Assembly: GCA_964016885.1 (NCBI GenBank)
Contig: OZ024740.1
Coordinates: 109,430,001 to 109,494,000 of the forward strand
Length of the DNA: 64,000 nt
From: Eledone cirrhosa
Lineage: Eukaryota
Direction of reading: 5' to 3'
Shown here: positions 61,790 to 64,000 of the stretch, piece by piece
How the letters are laid out: each line of letters opens with the position of its first letter
How positions within the stretch are numbered: the stretch's first letter is position 1
Made by a program: the position numbers and the translations under genes
The notes under the pieces: model-generated
Databases searched by the model: none
Told to the model about the DNA's origin: nothing
What the model saw: the letters and a program-made list of their open reading frames with translations, nothing else

Positions 61790-64000
61790 TTTTCAGAATC
61801 AATAGATGAAATATGAATCTGCGAGCTACCAAGAACCCACGTGAAGCGCCAACCCAGAGACCCTCCCCTACGAGTGTCGACAAATGCCCAAAACTCCGAG
61901 TTGGTACCATCAATGTAGGCTCAATGAAAGGAAGAGCAGGAGAAATCGTAGAAATGCTAGAGCGAAAGGAAGTTGATGTATGCTGTGTGCAAGAGACTAG
62001 ATGGAGAGGAGGGTCTGCTAGAGTTCTTGTAGGAAAAAGCCAGTGCTACAAATTTTTCTGGGTGGGAAATGACGATGGGATGGGTGGTGTAGGTATACTA
62101 TTAGCTGACAAGTGGGTAGATAAAGTAATCTCAGTGTACAGGGTAAATGCAAGAATCATTAAACTCAGACTAGTCCTGAATAAGACAATTACCACAATAA
62201 TATCAGCTTACGCACCCCAATCGGGGCTGCCAGACGAACTTAAGGATAGGTTTTACGAGTCCCTAATACACACTACTGCTCTAACAGACGACAAGGACTT
62301 CCTAATCATTGCAGGAGATTTTAACGGACACGTAGGTAAACACTGCGACGGCTTCAATAGAGTACATGGAGGCCATGGAGTTGGCACAAGGAATGAGGAA
62401 GGATTCAGACTTCTAGAATTCTGCGACGCCAATGACATGTCGATATGTAACACAAACTTTAAAAAACCCGACAACCACCTGATCACCTATAGATTAGGGG
62501 AGCACTCTAGTCAGTTAGATTTTATCCTCATCAGAGGACGTGACAGATGGACGGTCGTAAACACAAAAGCCTTCCCTAGTGAGGAATGTACATCCCAACA
62601 TAGCTTAGTTGTCAGCGACCTCACGGTCAGAACTAGACGAACCCGGAAACAGAGGCCAACCTGGAGAAGAAAGATCTGGAAGCTGAAAGTCCCCTCAACC
62701 AGTAACAGATTTAAAGATATTTTACTCAACGCCTACGACAGTAAAGAACAGATAGACATTTAACGTAGAAGAGAACTGGGAGTTCCTAAAAAATAACTTA
62801 CTAGAGGCGACGGATGAGGTTTGTGGCTGGAGTAAGACCTCAAGCAGGAGGAGAGTGACTTGGTGGTGGAACAATAAGGTAGATGAAGCAGTCAAGGCCA
62901 AGAGACAGGCATGGAAAGAATGGAAGAACGGGGGGAGCAGGGTACATTACATAGAGACCAAGAGGGAAGCTAGGCGACAAGTATACTTAGCTAGGAGGGA
63001 AGCAGAGGATAGAAAATTCAAGCATGTTTTACAACGTGAGGACCAGAAACGGGAGGTATTCAAGATTGCGAGGCAGTGTGTCAGAGATAGTTGTGATGTC
63101 ATTGGAGAGAAGTGTATCTGGAATGATAAAGGTGAGCTTGCCCTCACAAGTGCTGAGAAGAAAGATGCATGGAAGAGTCATTATGATAGATTACTAAATG
63201 AGGAGAATGCATGGGAAGAAGAGACCCTACCCCATGTAGACCCTATAGAGGGACCAGCAGTACAAGTCAGCAGCAGCGTAGTAAGTAAGGCAATCAGAGA
63301 TATGAAGATGGGGAAGGCAACTGGTCCATCGGGTATAGCTGCCGAGATGCTGAAGGCATCTGGGTCTGTAGGTCACACTATAACCACACGTATCGTTAAC
63401 CAGGTAATACTAGAAGGGGCCATACCAAAAGATTGGTGCAGTAGCATCATTGTCAACTGCTACAAAGGTAAAGGCGATGCACTAGATAGAGGAAACTATA
63501 GAGGTATTAAGTTGATGGACCAGGTCATGAAAGTAACAGAAAGAGTTATAGCACAGCTGATTAGGGACCGGGTGAATATAGACGAGATGCAATTTGGGTT
63601 TGTACCAGAGAGAGGCACCACTGATGCCCTCTTCCTTGTGAGGCAATTACAGGAAAAGTACCTAGCTAAAAGTAAGCCACTCTACTTGGCATTTGTCGAC
63701 CTTGAGAAAGCCTTTGACAGAGTTCCACGTGCAGTAATCTGGTGGGCTCTTAGAAAACTAGGAGTAGATGAATGGCTTGTGAAAGCGGTACAAGCCATGT
63801 ATAGGGGAGCAGTCAGCAAAGTTAGGATTAGCAATGAGTATAGCGAGGAATTTAGCGTACAGGTTGGGGTCCACCAGGGCTCTGTTCTTAGCCCTCTCCT
63901 GTTCATCATAGTCCTGCAGGCAATAACGGAGGAGTTTAAGACCGGATGCCCATGGGAACTCCTGTATGCTGATGACCTCGCACTCATAGCTCAAAGTCAA
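61790..64000 (+). mobile_element. RTE LINE subfamily 2, APE plus RT, frameshift near 62760; runs off window end
   Basis: ORF 61813-62763 (APE), then a shifted frame NVEENWEFL..TWWW..NYRGIKL..FVDLEKAFD..LLYADD (intact YADD at about 63965). Confidence 0.94.

Overview
Repeat-saturated, AT-rich animal genomic DNA. The mix of RTE LINEs with (GAT)n tails, tRNA-derived SINEs sharing the RTE 3' end, and kb-scale TA microsatellites resembles a coleoid cephalopod (Octopus-like) genome; this taxon call is inference. No host gene can be called with confidence, and most long ORFs in the track are translations of simple repeats. Recognisable elements: RTE LINEs of at least two subfamilies (one near-full-length but inactivated copy at 20.0-23.6 kb, with a PHD-like finger inside the RT); a second RTE-like family; a 5'-truncated Penelope-like element (PLE; RT C-terminus plus GIY-YIG); an R4/Dong-like RLE retroelement in (CATA)n; an L1/Tx1 fragment; SINEs; and piggyBac-type and mariner-type MITEs. 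The main finding lies beside the PLE. Three sequence-unrelated non-coding families (310-bp unit, 422-bp unit, 326-bp arm) each carry a type I hammerhead ribozyme motif, 12 copies in total. They are inserted into TA microsatellites as head-to-head inverted tandem arrays. Four separate insertions share one geometry: one arm's 3' end runs 44-59 nt beyond the other's. This fits a retrozyme-like (possibly circular RNA) non-autonomous system mobilised by PLE machinery. Two families have an unusual U.U pair at the base of stem II. An RFX X-box with a candidate first coding exon at about 35.7-35.85 kb is the only hint of a host gene.
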